Shown: positions 1-12,400, counted from the stretch's first letter. The stretch: DNA of 37,412 nt from Octopus sinensis (GCF_006345805.1 NW_021836807.1:1-37412), one strand, 5' to 3'. Translations and numbers: made by a program. The notes: a model not told the origin generated them from the letters alone.

Positions 1-255
1 GTAATATCACGCCACCCTAAATTCTACAAGGAATAAGGTCAGTCCTGAGTCACGAAGATGTGAGTAATAATTTCTTTATTAGCCTCAAGTGTTCATACGT
101 ACATAGATACAAATAAAGCTTTTACGAATCCATGTATGGATGTGCAAGATAGAGTGATATAAAAACGGATGGAGAGATGTATATCCACTTGGAGTAGGCC
201 AAGACTTCGATGTGTAAACGGATAACAAGTGGTATTATTATGCATCACACACAAT

Positions 256-545
256 GTTCGTTCCTTCTCAAGCCATGCCTGGCTCATAAGGGTCGTTTTC
301 CCGGTTTCCTTGGCGTATAGGTTCCCCATCTGGACGGGACGCCGGTCCGTCGCTGGTGAGCTGCAAGAGTGAGAGAAAGTTGTGGCGAAAGAGTCAGCAG
401 AAATTTGCCATTATCTTCTTCTGGAGAGCTGCGTGGAGCTTAGGTGTTTCGCTCATAAACACACACATCGCCCGGTTTCAGATTCGAACCCGCAATCCTT
501 CGATCGCGAGTCCGCTGCTCTAACCACTAGGCCATGTGCCTCCAC
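256..545 (-). mobile_element. tRNA(Arg)-like-headed SINE, family A (resembles Octopus OR2)
   Basis: Minus strand starts GTGGAGGCACATGGCCTAGTGGTTAGAGCAGCGGACTCGCGATCG...GGTTCGAATC (A and B boxes). Body matches the copy at 27933-28248. ACACACAAT is duplicated at 247-255 and 549-557 (likely TSD). Family name is from memory. Confidence 0.85.
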
Positions 546-1022
546 ATTACACACAATACATGACAACAATTTTGTCATAATCATCTGGAAGATGCACGTC
601 GCGATTGACAGCGAGATTGAGATCAGTCTAGATATAAGAAGAGAGGAATGAAACTAAAATGACTTTGCTCTCATCGATATATCGATCCTTTCTCACCACA
701 AAGAGGTTGGGGAAACAGTCAGAACACATGTATCTTGCGATTGTGATAAACAGATTGCGAATCAGGCAACACCATTACCAACAATATTTGCAGCAGTATG
801 CGTGATAAATACGTTGTGTCTCCGAGCGGACAGTTAATACAGGGGAGATAATCATTTCTTGATAATATATTTGGCGGGATTGGAAGTTTGAATTTGAAAT
901 TAAGGAATAAATAAAAAGAAGCATAGAAAACACATTCATTTTTTTTGTTTTTGTTACTTATTACGAAATGTCTTAATGTTTCTAAAAGTATGAACTACAG
1001 CATACAACAGCTCAACGTTATA

Positions 1023-1324
1023 GTGGCTCTCCGTCGGTTACGACGTTCACGGTTCCAGTTGATCCAATCTACTGAACGATTCGAATAACTGAACACTCCA
1101 CAGACATGTGTATCCTTAATGTAATTGTGAGGGAGACTTAGCCTGACACAGAATGTAACAAGGTTGTCTCTTTGAAGTTCAAGTACGGCTCTTTTTTGCC
1201 AACTGAGTGGATCAATGTAAAATAAAGTGTCTTGCTCTCAGGACACAACGCGCCGGCTGCAATCGAACTCATGACCTTACGATAATGAGCCGAATACCCG
1301 AACCACTAGGCCACACGTCTTCAC
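1023..1324 (-). mobile_element. tRNA-derived SINE, family C (resembles Octopus OK), diverged
   Basis: Reverse complement aligns along its length to the plus-strand copy at 19122-19451 (head GTGAAGACGTGTGGCCTAGTGGTT, tail CGTCGTAACCGACGGAGAGCCAC). Confidence 0.8.
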
Positions 1325-1869
1325 CAATGTTCTACAAAGCCTATAAGATAACCCAGCTATGTACAGCCCTCTTTCAAATAAGCGTTTTTCAGGTACGTTG
1401 TTCTTCACTTAAGTATAAGTACCTTACCTGGGATTGAACTCAGAAACTATAGATGACCGCATTAATCAACGTCTTTATCCACTATGCAATGCTTGTAGTC
1501 AGTATTAAGAGATTTTTTAGGCTTATAAAACTCCATTCTTGTTTTATGTCGGCTCCGTACCAATCGGATATTCAATTCTATATTTCTGAGCAGACTGGAG
1601 TGTAGACAGCACAAAAGTACTGAAACCAGCAATCGAGATGAAGACACCTCTAATGTAAGCAGAGTTCCACATCTCAGAAATACAGAATTGAAAAATGAAA
1701 ACAGTTTACAAAACATGGTGTTGCTCATACAGCATCGCAGTCTAAAATTCTACTAGTACAAAGAATTGCTAATTGCCTTATAAAGGACATGAACCAGGAA
1801 CTTTACATTCGTCTCCCCTCACGACAGCTAAACACATCAAATTCTCATAATATTTTTCTTCCTGTTTCA

Positions 1870-2030
1870 CCTAACACTTGCTCTCAATCGTGATTAAGCA
1901 CACCTGTAATCAAAGATTTTCCACCCGTGACTATTCTATCTTTTTATTAGTATTTAGGAATGTATAATTAAAAACAAAATGTGTCCTTTCGTTTCTTAAA
2001 AGTGTATGTTAGGGATTTTCGGTTACAAAA
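1870..2030 (-). repeat. Old, degenerate interspersed repeat fragment, inverted relative to 2450-2620
   Basis: Reverse complement shares motifs such as GGAAAATCTTTGATTACAGGT with GGAATTCCTTTGATCATAAGT at about 2570-2595. Confidence 0.35.
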
Positions 2031-2171
2031 GTCAAGCAATTTCACCTAGAAGCTCTCTTTTTGGATCGTGTAACTTGAAAACATTTACTGAACCAAGAAA
2101 ATAAAGGGACATCAGTTAAACCTGCAAATACCATTTCTACAGCTTTATACCTAAGTTTAGGTTAATAACTG

Positions 2172-2380
2172 CTTCTACTCTAGGCACAAGGCCTGAAACT
2201 TTAGGGGAAAGTGCTAGTCGATTTCATTGACCACAGTGCTCAACTGCTACTTATTTTATCGAGCCTGAAAGGATGAAAGATAAAGTCAACCTCAGCGGTA
2301 TTCGAACTCAGAAAATCAAGACGGACGAAATGCCGCTAAGCATTTTGTCTGACGCTGTAACGATTCTGCCAATTTGCCCC
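2172..2380 (-). mobile_element. SINE family D monomer with tail Y
   Basis: Reverse complement carries GGCAGAATCGTT (A-box-like), GAGTTCGAATACC (B box), the TTTCATCCTTTCAGG..CGATAAAATAAGTA core and the GGCCTTGTGCCTAGAGTAGAAG tail, as in 12401-12615. Confidence 0.8.
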
Positions 2381-2449
2381 CACCCCCCACCCCAGTTTAA
2401 GTTAAAAATAAGAAACCAGAAGAGTGCTCCAGGGTGCTCTCTATCAATC

Positions 2450-2620
2450 TGCAAGCAATAGCAGCCCAAATATTCCTCAATTCACACTCGACCGTCACGA
2501 AAATAATGAGCTATATTGGATAAGTTCTGCATACGTAATATTCTTGTAGAAGGACAGACTACATTCCGGCTGGAATTCCTTTGATCATAAGTCTACCGAA
2601 ACAAAGTCGGCAATAACAAC
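2450..2620 (+). repeat. Old, degenerate SINE-like 3' fragment ending in an (AAC)-rich tail
   Basis: Similarity to the inverted fragment at 1870-2030; ends CAATAACAAC. Confidence 0.35.
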
Positions 2621-2929
2621 ACGAACAACATCTTCTTTATATTCTTACAGCAGAAGCATGCACTGTGTTACAAACACAAAATGTCTATGGTGTCATTTAA
2701 AGATTAAGTTCCTGCTGCGTTTTTAAAAGAGTGCGAGAAACCTTACGGGAAATTACTTCGGTAGATGTAATTTCATGATCCGTGGAATATACTTTGATAT
2801 TTTACAAATATTGTTCTTTTTCATTTTCTTTTTTTTTTTGCATATTTTTTGTTTGTTCTTTATTTATATATTTGTTGTCTTCTTCGATGAGTGGATGTTT
2901 AGTGCAGTCTATGGAAGTATATTTGTGTT

Positions 2930-3033
2930 AATATATATATATATACAGACATACACATACACATGCACACACACACATATATATATATGCATACACATAT
3001 ATACATATATGCATGCGAATATATATATATATC

Positions 3034-3099
<66 letters not shown>

Positions 3100-3202
3100 C
3101 ATATATGCAATATACATACATATACACATATAAATATTCTTATATATTGTGTGTGTGTATATATGTATATATAATGTATGTATATAGATATATGTATGTA
3201 TG

Positions 3203-3276
<74 letters not shown>

Positions 3277-3470
3277 TGTACGTATGTATATGTATATGTC
3301 TGTCTGTATGGGGTCATGTGTTTATGCGTGTCTTTACGCTTGTTCGTAGGCAAATAAATATACATACATACATACATGGGAGACATATTTGTATCCATAA
3401 TTTATGCGTGTGTATATGTATTTGTATGTATGTATATATGTATGTTTGTGTGTATGTATGTATGTATGTT
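2930..3470. repeat. Compound (TA)n/(CA)n/(TATG)n microsatellite
   Basis: Directly visible; source of the spurious 235-aa Y/I-rich ORF. Confidence 0.95.
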
Positions 3471-4593
3471 GATGTGTGGTAAAATCGTTTAAAGGCGGAG
3501 GGTGTTAGGGATTCCGTTCTGCCATGACCAAAGGAGACTACTACTTTGGAACAACATTCTTAAACTCTTATAACTTACATCTGGATGTTAAAGTCTTTGA
3601 TTCCTCGCTGTACTTGGACAGAGTGTGTGTTACAAGGAAGTACACATCCTGATTAGTTTTCCATAGAAATGGCGAGAACTGACAAGGTTCCCTTTGTAAT
3701 AATGTTGTCTTGGGATTTTGGTTCTGTAGTTAGATAATGTGGAACAGCCGTTACAGATGGCGCATGTCTCTGTCATGTGTATTTACATGGCTACAGAATT
3801 ACAGAAATTGCTAAATCAGACATGACATGATATTGTCTTATAGTGTGTCTATGAGTGAGTGGACACGCACACACATACACACACACACGCATATGTATAT
3901 AAATATAAGCATGTCAATATATGTGCATACACATATACATATATGTATGTATGTATGTATATGCACATGTATGTGTATATGTATGTATGTTTGTAGGTGG
4001 ATTTGTATCTATGGATGTTGATATATACAAATTTCGGATAACACAGATACGGGTCTATACATGCGAATGTGTATGCTAAACTTTTACAGACAAGCACCAA
4101 ATACACGCATTTATGCAGTGTATAATATATAATAAATATAATATATATTATATATATATATTATATATATATATATAGAGGAGAGAGAGAGAGAGAGATA
4201 CTAATCTATACATATATATATACACGTACGTACACACACACAACACACATATATATTAACCTAAGACCAGCTCAAATATGTTTGACAAAGATCTAAACCT
4301 GCGAAGACTATTTTGCATATCTTTTACAATTTAAGAATTGTAAAACATACGCGTATATATATCATGCAAGGTGTAAACATTTACCGTCAGTTGACTCTCC
4401 AGCCTTACTATCTGCAGAAGAAAAAAATTGTGGAGATCTGATTGAGAAAAGAAAAAAAAAATGTTCACAATACTTTCAACTTTGGTGCGTATATTATCTC
4501 TCTCATCACAGGCACTCGGTAAAGGAAGGAGTTTTCTCCGTTCTGATTCTTATAATGAATTCGCTTAACATCCGGCTCCACTCCGCATGCAAT

Positions 4594-4726
4594 CAAGTTA
4601 GATGTTCTGGCACAGCCGTTTTGGCACAGCCGTTTTGGCGCCGCCTATATGGTGTCGCCGATCCAATTCTGTCTCATTTGATATCAGACGGTTTGATGTT
4701 TCGTTCTCTCTTTCACTCCTCTTTCT

Positions 4727-4780
<54 letters not shown>

Positions 4781-5102
4781 ACATGTGTGAGCATATTTCT
4801 CTTTCGGTGTATAAGGAGAGGTAAAAATGTTTATATTAGGTACTTTCAATTAATAAATGGTGATATTTATCTCACTCTCACTCTCTCACTCTCATCTCAC
4901 TCATCTCTTACTTCCGCTCTCTCTCTCTCTCCTCTCTTCTTCTCTCTCTCTTCTCTCTCTCTCTCTTTACATGTGTGAGCATATGTCTCTTTCGGTGTAT
5001 AAGGAGAGGTAAAAATGTTTATATTAGGTACTTTCAATTAATAAATGGTGATATTTATCTCACTCTCACTCTCTCACTCTCATCTCACTCATCTCTTACT
5101 TC

Positions 5103-5139
<37 letters not shown>

Positions 5140-5308
5140 ACTCTCTCACTTTCTCTCTCTCCCTCTCCCTCTCTCTTCGCGTGCACAGGCGTATGTAGGG
5201 ATATTTGGCTCCAGTACCAAAAAGTACTGTCCCCAAAACAGGCTGGATGTCCAATCACCCGCGCCAAATCATCAGCACCAAAACAGCTACGCCCAATAGT
5301 CTCGTTCC
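4594..5308. mobile_element. Putative non-autonomous TIR DNA transposon (MITE-like) with about 45-bp imperfect TIRs made of short subrepeats
   Basis: Left end TGGCACAGCCGTTTTGGCACAGCCGTTTTGGCGCC resembles the reverse complement of the right end, GGGCGTAGCTGTTTTGGTGCTGATGATTTGGCGCG. No clear TSD. Confidence 0.5.
4781..5156 (+). repeat. Near-perfect tandem duplication, period 188 bp, bounded by (CT)n
   Basis: ACATGTGTGAGCATAT...CTTCCGCTCTCTC starts at 4781 and again at 4969; only one substitution is visible in the unique part. Confidence 0.9.
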
Positions 5309-5634
5309 GAGGCAATCATAACCGTTCGTCATAATTCTACGGTTTCAAAGCCCCGTAAATGTTGCACGAATGCCTGGACAACAGTTTCATTGCTCAACCT
5401 ATTTTCACCTTGAATAAATCTGCTGATTACACTACTGTCTACGCTTGTCCTCAAAAGATAATGTGCACTGCCCCACCCTTTGGTTGCACAACTAAGTAAA
5501 TGACTTTGGTAAATTAACCATAATATCCGATCTGAAAGGGTTTCAGGAAAGAGAGGTTATCCAATGCTTTCTAAACGATGCTTGAAACATCGCCATGACG
5601 TCTGTTTGCACTCTAATAACAATAATAATACTCT

Positions 5635-5795
5635 CTAATTAACCCAAAACGCTAGCAATTTTGAAAGGAGGAGGTAAATCCAAACCGTTGACATTAATGT
5701 CTAATTTGTACTTTATTTCATCGACCCACGAGGGTTAGGGTTAGGAAACGGAAATTTAACTACGGTCGAATTTGAACTCAAAATTTACAGAACTC
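5635..5795 (-). mobile_element. Highly degenerate SINE family D copy
   Basis: Remnants GTACTTTATTTCATCGACCC and GAATTTGAACTCA match the reverse complement of the family D core and B box. Confidence 0.5.
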
Positions 5796-5809
5796 AGTAA
5801 CATGCACAC

Positions 5810-5817
5810 CTACACAT

Positions 5818-5851
<34 letters not shown>

Positions 5852-6150
5852 GTACACACAGATAAATATACACAGATGTAATAAAAATACAAAAAAGGAC
5901 CAAATACAAACGAAACAAGAGAAACAAACATACACTAATATATACACATGCACGCACACACACATATGTGTATGCATCTCTGTATGCTTATATGTATGTA
6001 TAACTTACCCATGCATATATGTATGTGTATGTATGTATATATGTTTGTAAGTGTGTATGAATGTGCGTATCTATGTGTGTATGTATGTATGTATGTATGT
6101 ATGTATGTATGTATGTATGTATGTATGTATGTATATATGTATGCATGCAC
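5810..6150. repeat. (CA)n and (TATG)n microsatellites
   Basis: Directly visible. Confidence 0.9.
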
Positions 6151-6342
6151 GCAGGCATTTACCCCCACGCTCATACACACACGCAATGGGTTAAGAAAGG
6201 GAATTTTAGATAGCATGTAATATAAAATGGAGACAGATAGATGTCTGCAAATTTCTAACGTTTGATAGATTTGAATTCACAAGTCAGGGTTTTGTTTTAA
6301 GTGAAACACCACTTAACTGACTTACTGTTTTCTACTCAATGT

Positions 6343-6460
6343 CCGGAAGTAGTAGTAGTCGGGTAAACGATGGCGGATAATGCCACACCGTCACTTCCGT
6401 TTCTAGCATTCACAGCTTGCGGTAATGATTGCGCCCTCTCGTCACAGCTCCAACAGCGAA
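6343..6460. promoter_or_regulatory. Small CpG-rich non-repetitive patch with ETS-like motifs; candidate promoter or enhancer
   Basis: CCGGAAGT at 6343-6350, ACTTCCG at 6393, and GATGGCGG around an ATG in good context at 6370. Motif-only evidence. Confidence 0.25.
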
Positions 6461-6672
6461 ACAACTGATACAATTAACTGTATGACATTGATTAAGGGCA
6501 AACACACTTCACCTTAAGGTTCAACGACAAACGCTGCCCCGTTCTTTTCTCGTTGTTTTGCTTGTTAGTTTAATATACTTCTTTCTCTAAGTTCATATAT
6601 ATGTAGAAGCTACACGCACATGACCACATTTATACCCAAACAAAATAAACTCACTCTCTCTTTTTCTCTCTT

Positions 6673-6703
<31 letters not shown>

Positions 6704-6774
6704 TTTCCTCTCTATTTGTTCCTATCTTTCCTCTGCTCACTACCTATCACTAACTTTTCTCATTTATCTCTCTG

Positions 6775-7155
6775 TAGAGGCGCAATGGCTCAGTGGTTAG
6801 GGCAGCGGACTCGCGGTCGAAGGAGTGCAATTTCGATTCCCTAACCAGGTGTTGTGAGTGTTTATTGAGTGAAAATACCTAAAACCCCACGAGGCTCCAG
6901 CAGGAGGTGGCGGGGAACCCTGCGGTATTCTTTCACCACAACTTTCTCTCACTCTTTCTTCCTGTTTCTGTTGCACCTATATTTCAAAGGGCCAACTTTG
7001 TCACACTCTGTGTCACGCTGAATCTCCCCGAGAACTACGTTAAGGGTACACGTGTCTGTGGAGTGCTCAGCCACTTGCACGTTAATTTCACGAACAGGCT
7101 GTTCCGTTGATCGGATCAACTGGAACCCTCGTCGTGGTAACGGACGGAGAGCCAC
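6775..7155 (+). mobile_element. tRNA-headed SINE family B (resembles Octopus OR1): family-A-like 5' half joined to a family-C-like 3' half
   Basis: Head GGCGCAATGGCTCAGTGGTTAGGGCAGCGGACTCGCGG. CACAACTTTCTCTCACTCT is shared with family A; AAAGGGCCA..GTCACACTCTGTGTCACGCTGAATCTCCC...GACGGAG is shared with family C. TSD CATTTATCT(C/G)TCTG at 6761-6774 and 7156-7169. Confidence 0.85.
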
Positions 7156-7397
7156 CATTTATCTGTCTGCTTATCTATCTTTTGCTTCATATATTCTTTC
7201 TCAAATATTTCTTCATTTCTTTCACCTTGCCCTCATCCCTCTGTTCTCATACTGTCGTCTTAATGTGGGGAAAAATGACAAAAGGATTTAATAATCACAC
7301 AACTGTTATATCTTGGTAGATTTCAAGATAGAATTTACGGGTGATCTGTTTTTGTGCTGATTTTGGTCTGTATCTTATTGTTAATATCACTTTCGTA

Positions 7398-7525
7398 TTT
7401 CGTTGAGGTCGACTTTCATCCTTACGGGGGTCAATGAAATAAGTACCAGCTGCGTACTGGGGTCGATGTAATCGACATAGACCCACCCCAAAATTGCTGG
7501 CCTTGTGCCAATATTTCAAATTAAT
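7398..7525 (+). mobile_element. 5'-truncated SINE family D
   Basis: GAGGTCGACTTTCATCCTTACGGGGGTCAATGAAATAAGTACCAG...GGCCTTGTGCC. Confidence 0.75.
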
Positions 7526-7871
7526 ATTACTTCCGTAATTATTCTTCTCACTGTGAGAGGCAGAACTTCTCTGTGACGTCGTAGTAGCGTCATTTATTTT
7601 TGCTCCCTTATTTTAACTCGGTTGCTTCGTTACGATTTACAAAGTTTCCTTTTTTGCCTTTTTAAATGCACAGTCAATTGACGAGAAAATGTTGTGCTTG
7701 TATGACCGATGCAGCAGTCTGAATAAGGAAGTTTAAACATATTTTTATTTACATCGAAATTTGATTCTTACCTTGGTACGTTCTGTGCTTTACTAATTTG
7801 TTATTTCATATTGACGACATTTTTTTTCTTTTTCATCCTGGTGTTATAGTAATATGTTCTAACAATGATGC

Positions 7872-8139
7872 GAAGGCGCATGGCTCAGTGGTTACAGCAT
7901 GGTGCTTACGATCGTGAAATCGTGTTCGATTCCCGGACCGGGCTGTGTATTGTGTTCTTGAGCAAGCTGTATCGGCCTTTGCCTTTCTCTTTGATAAGAT
8001 CAGTGATGTGGAGAGAGGGAAAGTTGGTATGCATGGACGACTGCTGGTCTTCCATAAACAATCTTGCCAGTGCTTGTGCCTTGGAGGGTAAGTTTCTAGG
8101 TGCAATCCCATGGTTATTCATCACCGAAAGGGGTCCTTT
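7872..8139 (+). mobile_element. tRNA-headed SINE, family G (distinct 3' body)
   Basis: GAAGGCGCATGGCTCAGTGGTTA (A box) ... GTTCGATTCCCGG (B box) ... GTGTTCTTGAGCAAG, followed by a body not shared with other families here. Confidence 0.7.
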
Positions 8140-8506
8140 CCGTTTCTTTATTTTTGACTATGAATTTGTGGCAAGATAACCATGTTATGTACTGACTTAT
8201 TAGTTTCTTTGATGACACATTCATTCACTTATTTGAGTGTTTATTGAGTATTCTCGTATACGTATATATGTGGTTTCATTATTTTCAGTGGATACTGCAT
8301 AATAAAAATGCGAATGCATTCTTTTATGGTTTCAATTTATCAGAGAACCCTTTATTAACTAGTGTTTTATCTCATATATAAGATATATGATATCTGTATT
8401 TAAAGCTTCTTTAGTAGGCGAAAATTTAAACGCATGTCTAAGAATGAATGTTGCGTATCTAGGAGGGCACACCATATCACTGTCCATGCATAACCATCTG
8501 TATGTA

Positions 8507-8508
<2 letters not shown>

Positions 8509-8593
<85 letters not shown>

Positions 8594-8604
8594 ATGTGTG
8601 TGTG
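8509..8604. repeat. Long (GT)n microsatellite
   Basis: Directly visible. Confidence 0.95.
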
Positions 8605-9009
8605 TACTGAGAAGCTATATATATGTTTTTCATTTTTTTTTCTACATTTCAGCGTAAGGCTAGAAACATTATGGCCTAAATTTAGAGTACTGCTATGTCG
8701 GTTTGTAAATGTATTGAAAGAAATAATTTTGGCTTCAAATTTTAGCAATTTTGAGGCGAAGCCTTAATCGATATCATTGACACCTTTTCTTGGTCTGGCA
8801 CTCGAGAATGTTTGTGCATTTGTTTTTGTTTTTTTTTGTTGTTTTTTTTGTTTGTTTTTTTTTTATTCTATTTCGTTCGATTCTGTTTCCTACGAAAATA
8901 TGAAGGCTTTTTGACTTCCTATAAATAAACTAAGGAGAAATTCTTTATTTTCTTCTGACTAACCTTATTATCATTATTATCAATATACACCCAAAACATT
9001 TTAATCATA

Positions 9010-9017
9010 CATATGTG

Positions 9018-9078
<61 letters not shown>

Positions 9079-9341
9079 GTATATATGTATATACGTATAT
9101 ATATATATATATATGTATACATAAATACACGCACACACACATACATATATACAGACGCACAGAATGTTCTTTCTCGGATGTATATTATTTTGCATCCAAG
9201 ATGTGATTTGTCCGCATCCATCTGTTAGATTTTCTTCCACTTTGGTCTATTCCGCTGTGTGATAATGTTAATTAGTCAATTTGTTAAAGAATTGGAACAG
9301 ACAAAAATATACACACGCACGCACACAAACATACATGCATG

Positions 9342-9391
<50 letters not shown>

Positions 9392-9510
9392 TATATATAT
9401 ATATATATACAGATATATATTTGCACATATCTATATATCTATGTATGTCTATGTAGTTATGTGTGCGTGCCAGAGCGAAAGAGAGAGTGCGTGCGTGTGC
9501 GTGTGTGTGT

Positions 9511-9588
<78 letters not shown>

Positions 9589-9920
9589 TGTGTGTAAATA
9601 ACTAGATTGAACTTTTATCTTTGATTATGAAGGTGAAAGTGCAATACACAACAGTACAGGTCAACAACGGAACGAACTAAAGATGAAAGTTGTTTTAACA
9701 CATACACACGTGCGCGCACATACGCAGACACACACACACACACATATATATATACATGCATATATATGTGCGTATGCGTGTGTGTATGAACAATAAGTAT
9801 ATATACACACATATATATATATAATATCTATATGTGAATGTATAATATAGATAGACATATGTACACATTTATGCATGTATGTATGTATATATGCATATAT
9901 GTGTGTGTGTGTCTGTGTAT
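9010..9920. repeat. Cluster of (TA)n, (GT)n and (CA)n microsatellites
   Basis: Directly visible, with short unique spacers between runs. Confidence 0.9.
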
Positions 9921-10311
9921 GTGTGTGAATAGTCACAGAGAGAGAAGGAGGGAGAGACAGAGGGAGGGATAGAGAGAGTGGGTTGTAGAGAGAGGGATAC
10001 CAATTCTCTTTGCAAAACAGACAGCTGTAGCGCTGGTCTGTACAGTTCAAGAAAAAGTTCCTGAATCACAGCAGGGATAACATTTTCTTAAGCTTCGCGC
10101 CTGTCTTCAGAATTGGTAGGTGGTTAGGTCATCCCGGTTATTTAATTAAAAGCTGCTTAAAAGACTTAGAAGAAGAAAATATACCAAAATTTCAACTCGA
10201 TCACCTCTTTTACCAAAAAGCCGAACTGCCGTGACATTTTTCAAAATGTTTCAGAAATATGTTTGAAAATTAGTTCATTTTGAAGTTTTTCAATCATTAT
10301 TAACAATCATA

Positions 10312-10723
10312 GGAGCAGAAGTGGCTGTGTGGTAAATAGCTTGCTTACCAACCACATGGTTCCGGGTTCAGTCCCACTGCGTGGCACCTTGGGCAAGTGT
10401 CTTCTACTATAGCCTTGGGCCGACCAAAGCCTTCTGAGTGGATTTGGTAGACGGAAACTGAAAGAAGCCCGTCGTATATATATATCTATATATATATATA
10501 TATATGTACGTGTGTGTGTGTGTGTGTCTACCATCGCTTGACAACCGATGTTGGTGTGTTTACGTCCCCGTAATCTAGCAGTTCAGCAAAAGAGACCGAT
10601 AGAATAAGTACTAGGCTTACAAAGAATAAGTCCTGGGGCCGATTTCCTCGACTAAAGGTGGTGCTCCAGCATGGCCGCAGTCAAACGACTGAACCACATA
10701 AAAGAATAAAAGAATAAAAAGAA
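10312..10723 (+). mobile_element. SINE family E (tRNA-like head, internal (TA)n/(GT)n microsatellite, AAAGAATA-type tail)
   Basis: GGAGCAGAAGTGGCTGTGTGGTAA...GGTTCAGTCCC...GGCACCTTGGGCAAGTGTCTT...microsatellite...CATCGCTTGACAACCGATG...CCAGCATGGCCGCAGTCAAA; many copies in the window. Confidence 0.9.
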
Positions 10724-10749
10724 TTATTTGGTTGATAGAGGTTTTCAGG

Positions 10750-10945
10750 GTCAAACAAAACGCCTCGTGGTATTTGTTGTAATTCTTTACGCTCAGAGTT
10801 CAAATCCCACCAGGAGCAACTTTATCTTTCATTCTTTTGCAGTCAGTAAAATATAATATGAGGCAAATAGTGTGGTGGATATTTTGTATTTAACCCCTCC
10901 CCTTAAAAATTGTTGGACTTTTACCCAAATCAGGAGCAATTATTA
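10750..10945 (+). mobile_element. Degenerate SINE family D copy
   Basis: GAGTTCAAATCCCACC...ACTTTATCTTTCATTCTTTT remnants. Confidence 0.55.
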
Positions 10946-11533
10946 TTATAATCCTTTCCATTAAAGGCACAAAGCCTGAAATTTCGGGGGAGGGATCTAG
11001 CCGATTACATCGACCCCAGTATTTCACTGGTACTTAATTTATTGATCCACGAAAGGGTGAAAGGCAAAGTCGACCTCGGCGCAATTTGAACTCAGAAAAT
11101 AGCGGCAGACGAAATACCTATTTCTTTACTACCCACAAGAGGCTAAACACAGAGAGGACAAACAAGGACAGACAAACGGATTAAGTCGATTATATCGACT
11201 CCAGTGCGTAACTGGTACTTATTTAATCGACCCCGAAAGGATGAAAGACAAAGTCGACCTCGGCGGAATTTGAACACAGAACGTAAAGACAGACGAAATA
11301 CCTATTTCTTTATTACCCACAAGGGGGCTAAACACAGAGCAGACAAACAAGGACAGACATAGGTATTAAGTCGATTACATCGATCCCAGTGCGTAACTGG
11401 TACTTAATTTATCGACCCCGAAAGGATGAAAGGCAAAGTCGACCTCGGCGGAATTTGAACTCACAACGTAACGCAGACGAAATACCGCTAAGCATTCCGG
11501 CCGGTGTGGTAACGGTTCTGCCAGCTCGCCGCC
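10946..11533 (-). mobile_element. SINE family D tandem trimer (head + body/tailX + body/tailX + body/tailY)
   Basis: GTCGACCTCGGC recurs at 11069, 11253 and 11438 (periods 184 and 185). A single A-box head GGCGGCGAGCTGGCAGAA lies at the minus-strand 5' end. Confidence 0.9.
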
Positions 11534-11619
11534 TTATTGAACAATTATAATAATGGCAACAAGATAGGAGAATCATCCTCACGCCGGACAAAATGATTAG
11601 GGCCATTTTGACCATCCTC

Positions 11620-11771
11620 GTGTTCTGAGTTCAAATTCTGACGAGGTTGACTTCGCCTTTCTTCTTTACGGGGTCAATAAAGTAAGTACCAGTTGAGCGC
11701 TGGGATTGATGTCATCGACTAGACACTTAACCTAAAAAATTTTAGGCCTTGTGCCCTTAGCAGAAAGGATT
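11620..11771 (+). mobile_element. 5'-truncated SINE family D with tail Y
   Basis: GTTCTGAGTTCAAATTC...GGGGTCAATAAAGTAAGTACCAG...GGCCTTGTGCCCTTAGCAGAAAGGATT. Confidence 0.8.
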
Positions 11772-11827
11772 ACTTTAGAAGCGTGCTGGTAGAATCGTTA
11801 GTCTTTATACACATATTGGTGCTGAAC

Positions 11828-12297
11828 GATCACGCGTGGCTTGGTGGTTGGGGTAATCAAATCATGACCTTATGGTCGTGAGTTCAATTCCCAGCGATGC
11901 ATTTAGTCCTTGAGCAAGACACTTTATTTCACGTTGCTCCAGTCCACTCAGCTGGCAAAAATGAATTGTTCCTGTAATTCAAATGGTCAGCCTTGTCCCA
12001 TTCCGTTGAGTTCGAATTCCGCCGAGGTCGACTTTGCCTTTCATATGTCGATAAATTAAGTACCAGTTGCGTACTGGTGTCAATCTAATCGACTGGCCAC
12101 CCCCACTCCACCAAAGTTTGGTCCTTGTGCCTAGAGTAGAAAAGATTCTGTGTTATGCTGAATCTCCCTGAAAACTACGCTAAGGGTGTGGCGTGCCCGC
12201 GGGGTGCTCAGTCGCTTGCACATTAATTTCACGAGCAGGTTGTTCCGTTGATCGGGTCGACTGGAACCCGCGTCGTTGTAACCGACGGAGTGCCAAT
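11828..12297 (+). mobile_element. SINE family C (OK-like) interrupted by a nested family D insertion
   Basis: Aligns to 19122-19451 on both sides of 12007-12144. TSD ATATTGGTGC at 11813-11822 and 12298-12307. Confidence 0.85.
12007..12144 (+). mobile_element. Nested 5'-truncated SINE family D
   Basis: GAGTTCGAATTCCGCCGAGGTCGAC...GTGCCTAGAGTAGAAAAG; flanked by ATTC(C/T)GT at 12000-12006 and 12145-12151. Confidence 0.85.
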
Positions 12298-12400
12298 ATA
12301 TTGGTGCAGAATTACTGATTAGAAATTACATTTACATTTTAACTTGCGTCGTTCTGAGTTCAAATACCACTGACGTCGACTTTGCTTTAGTTTAAAAAAA

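Noticed and set aside
1462-1755. Open frames on both strands in unique sequence
   Set aside because: No recognisable domain and no convincing splice-site pair.
2775-3482. Longest ORF (235 aa) and dozens of similar YI/CV/HT/LS-rich ORFs
   Set aside because: They are translations of dinucleotide microsatellites, which lack stop codons in some frames; there is no protein-like content.
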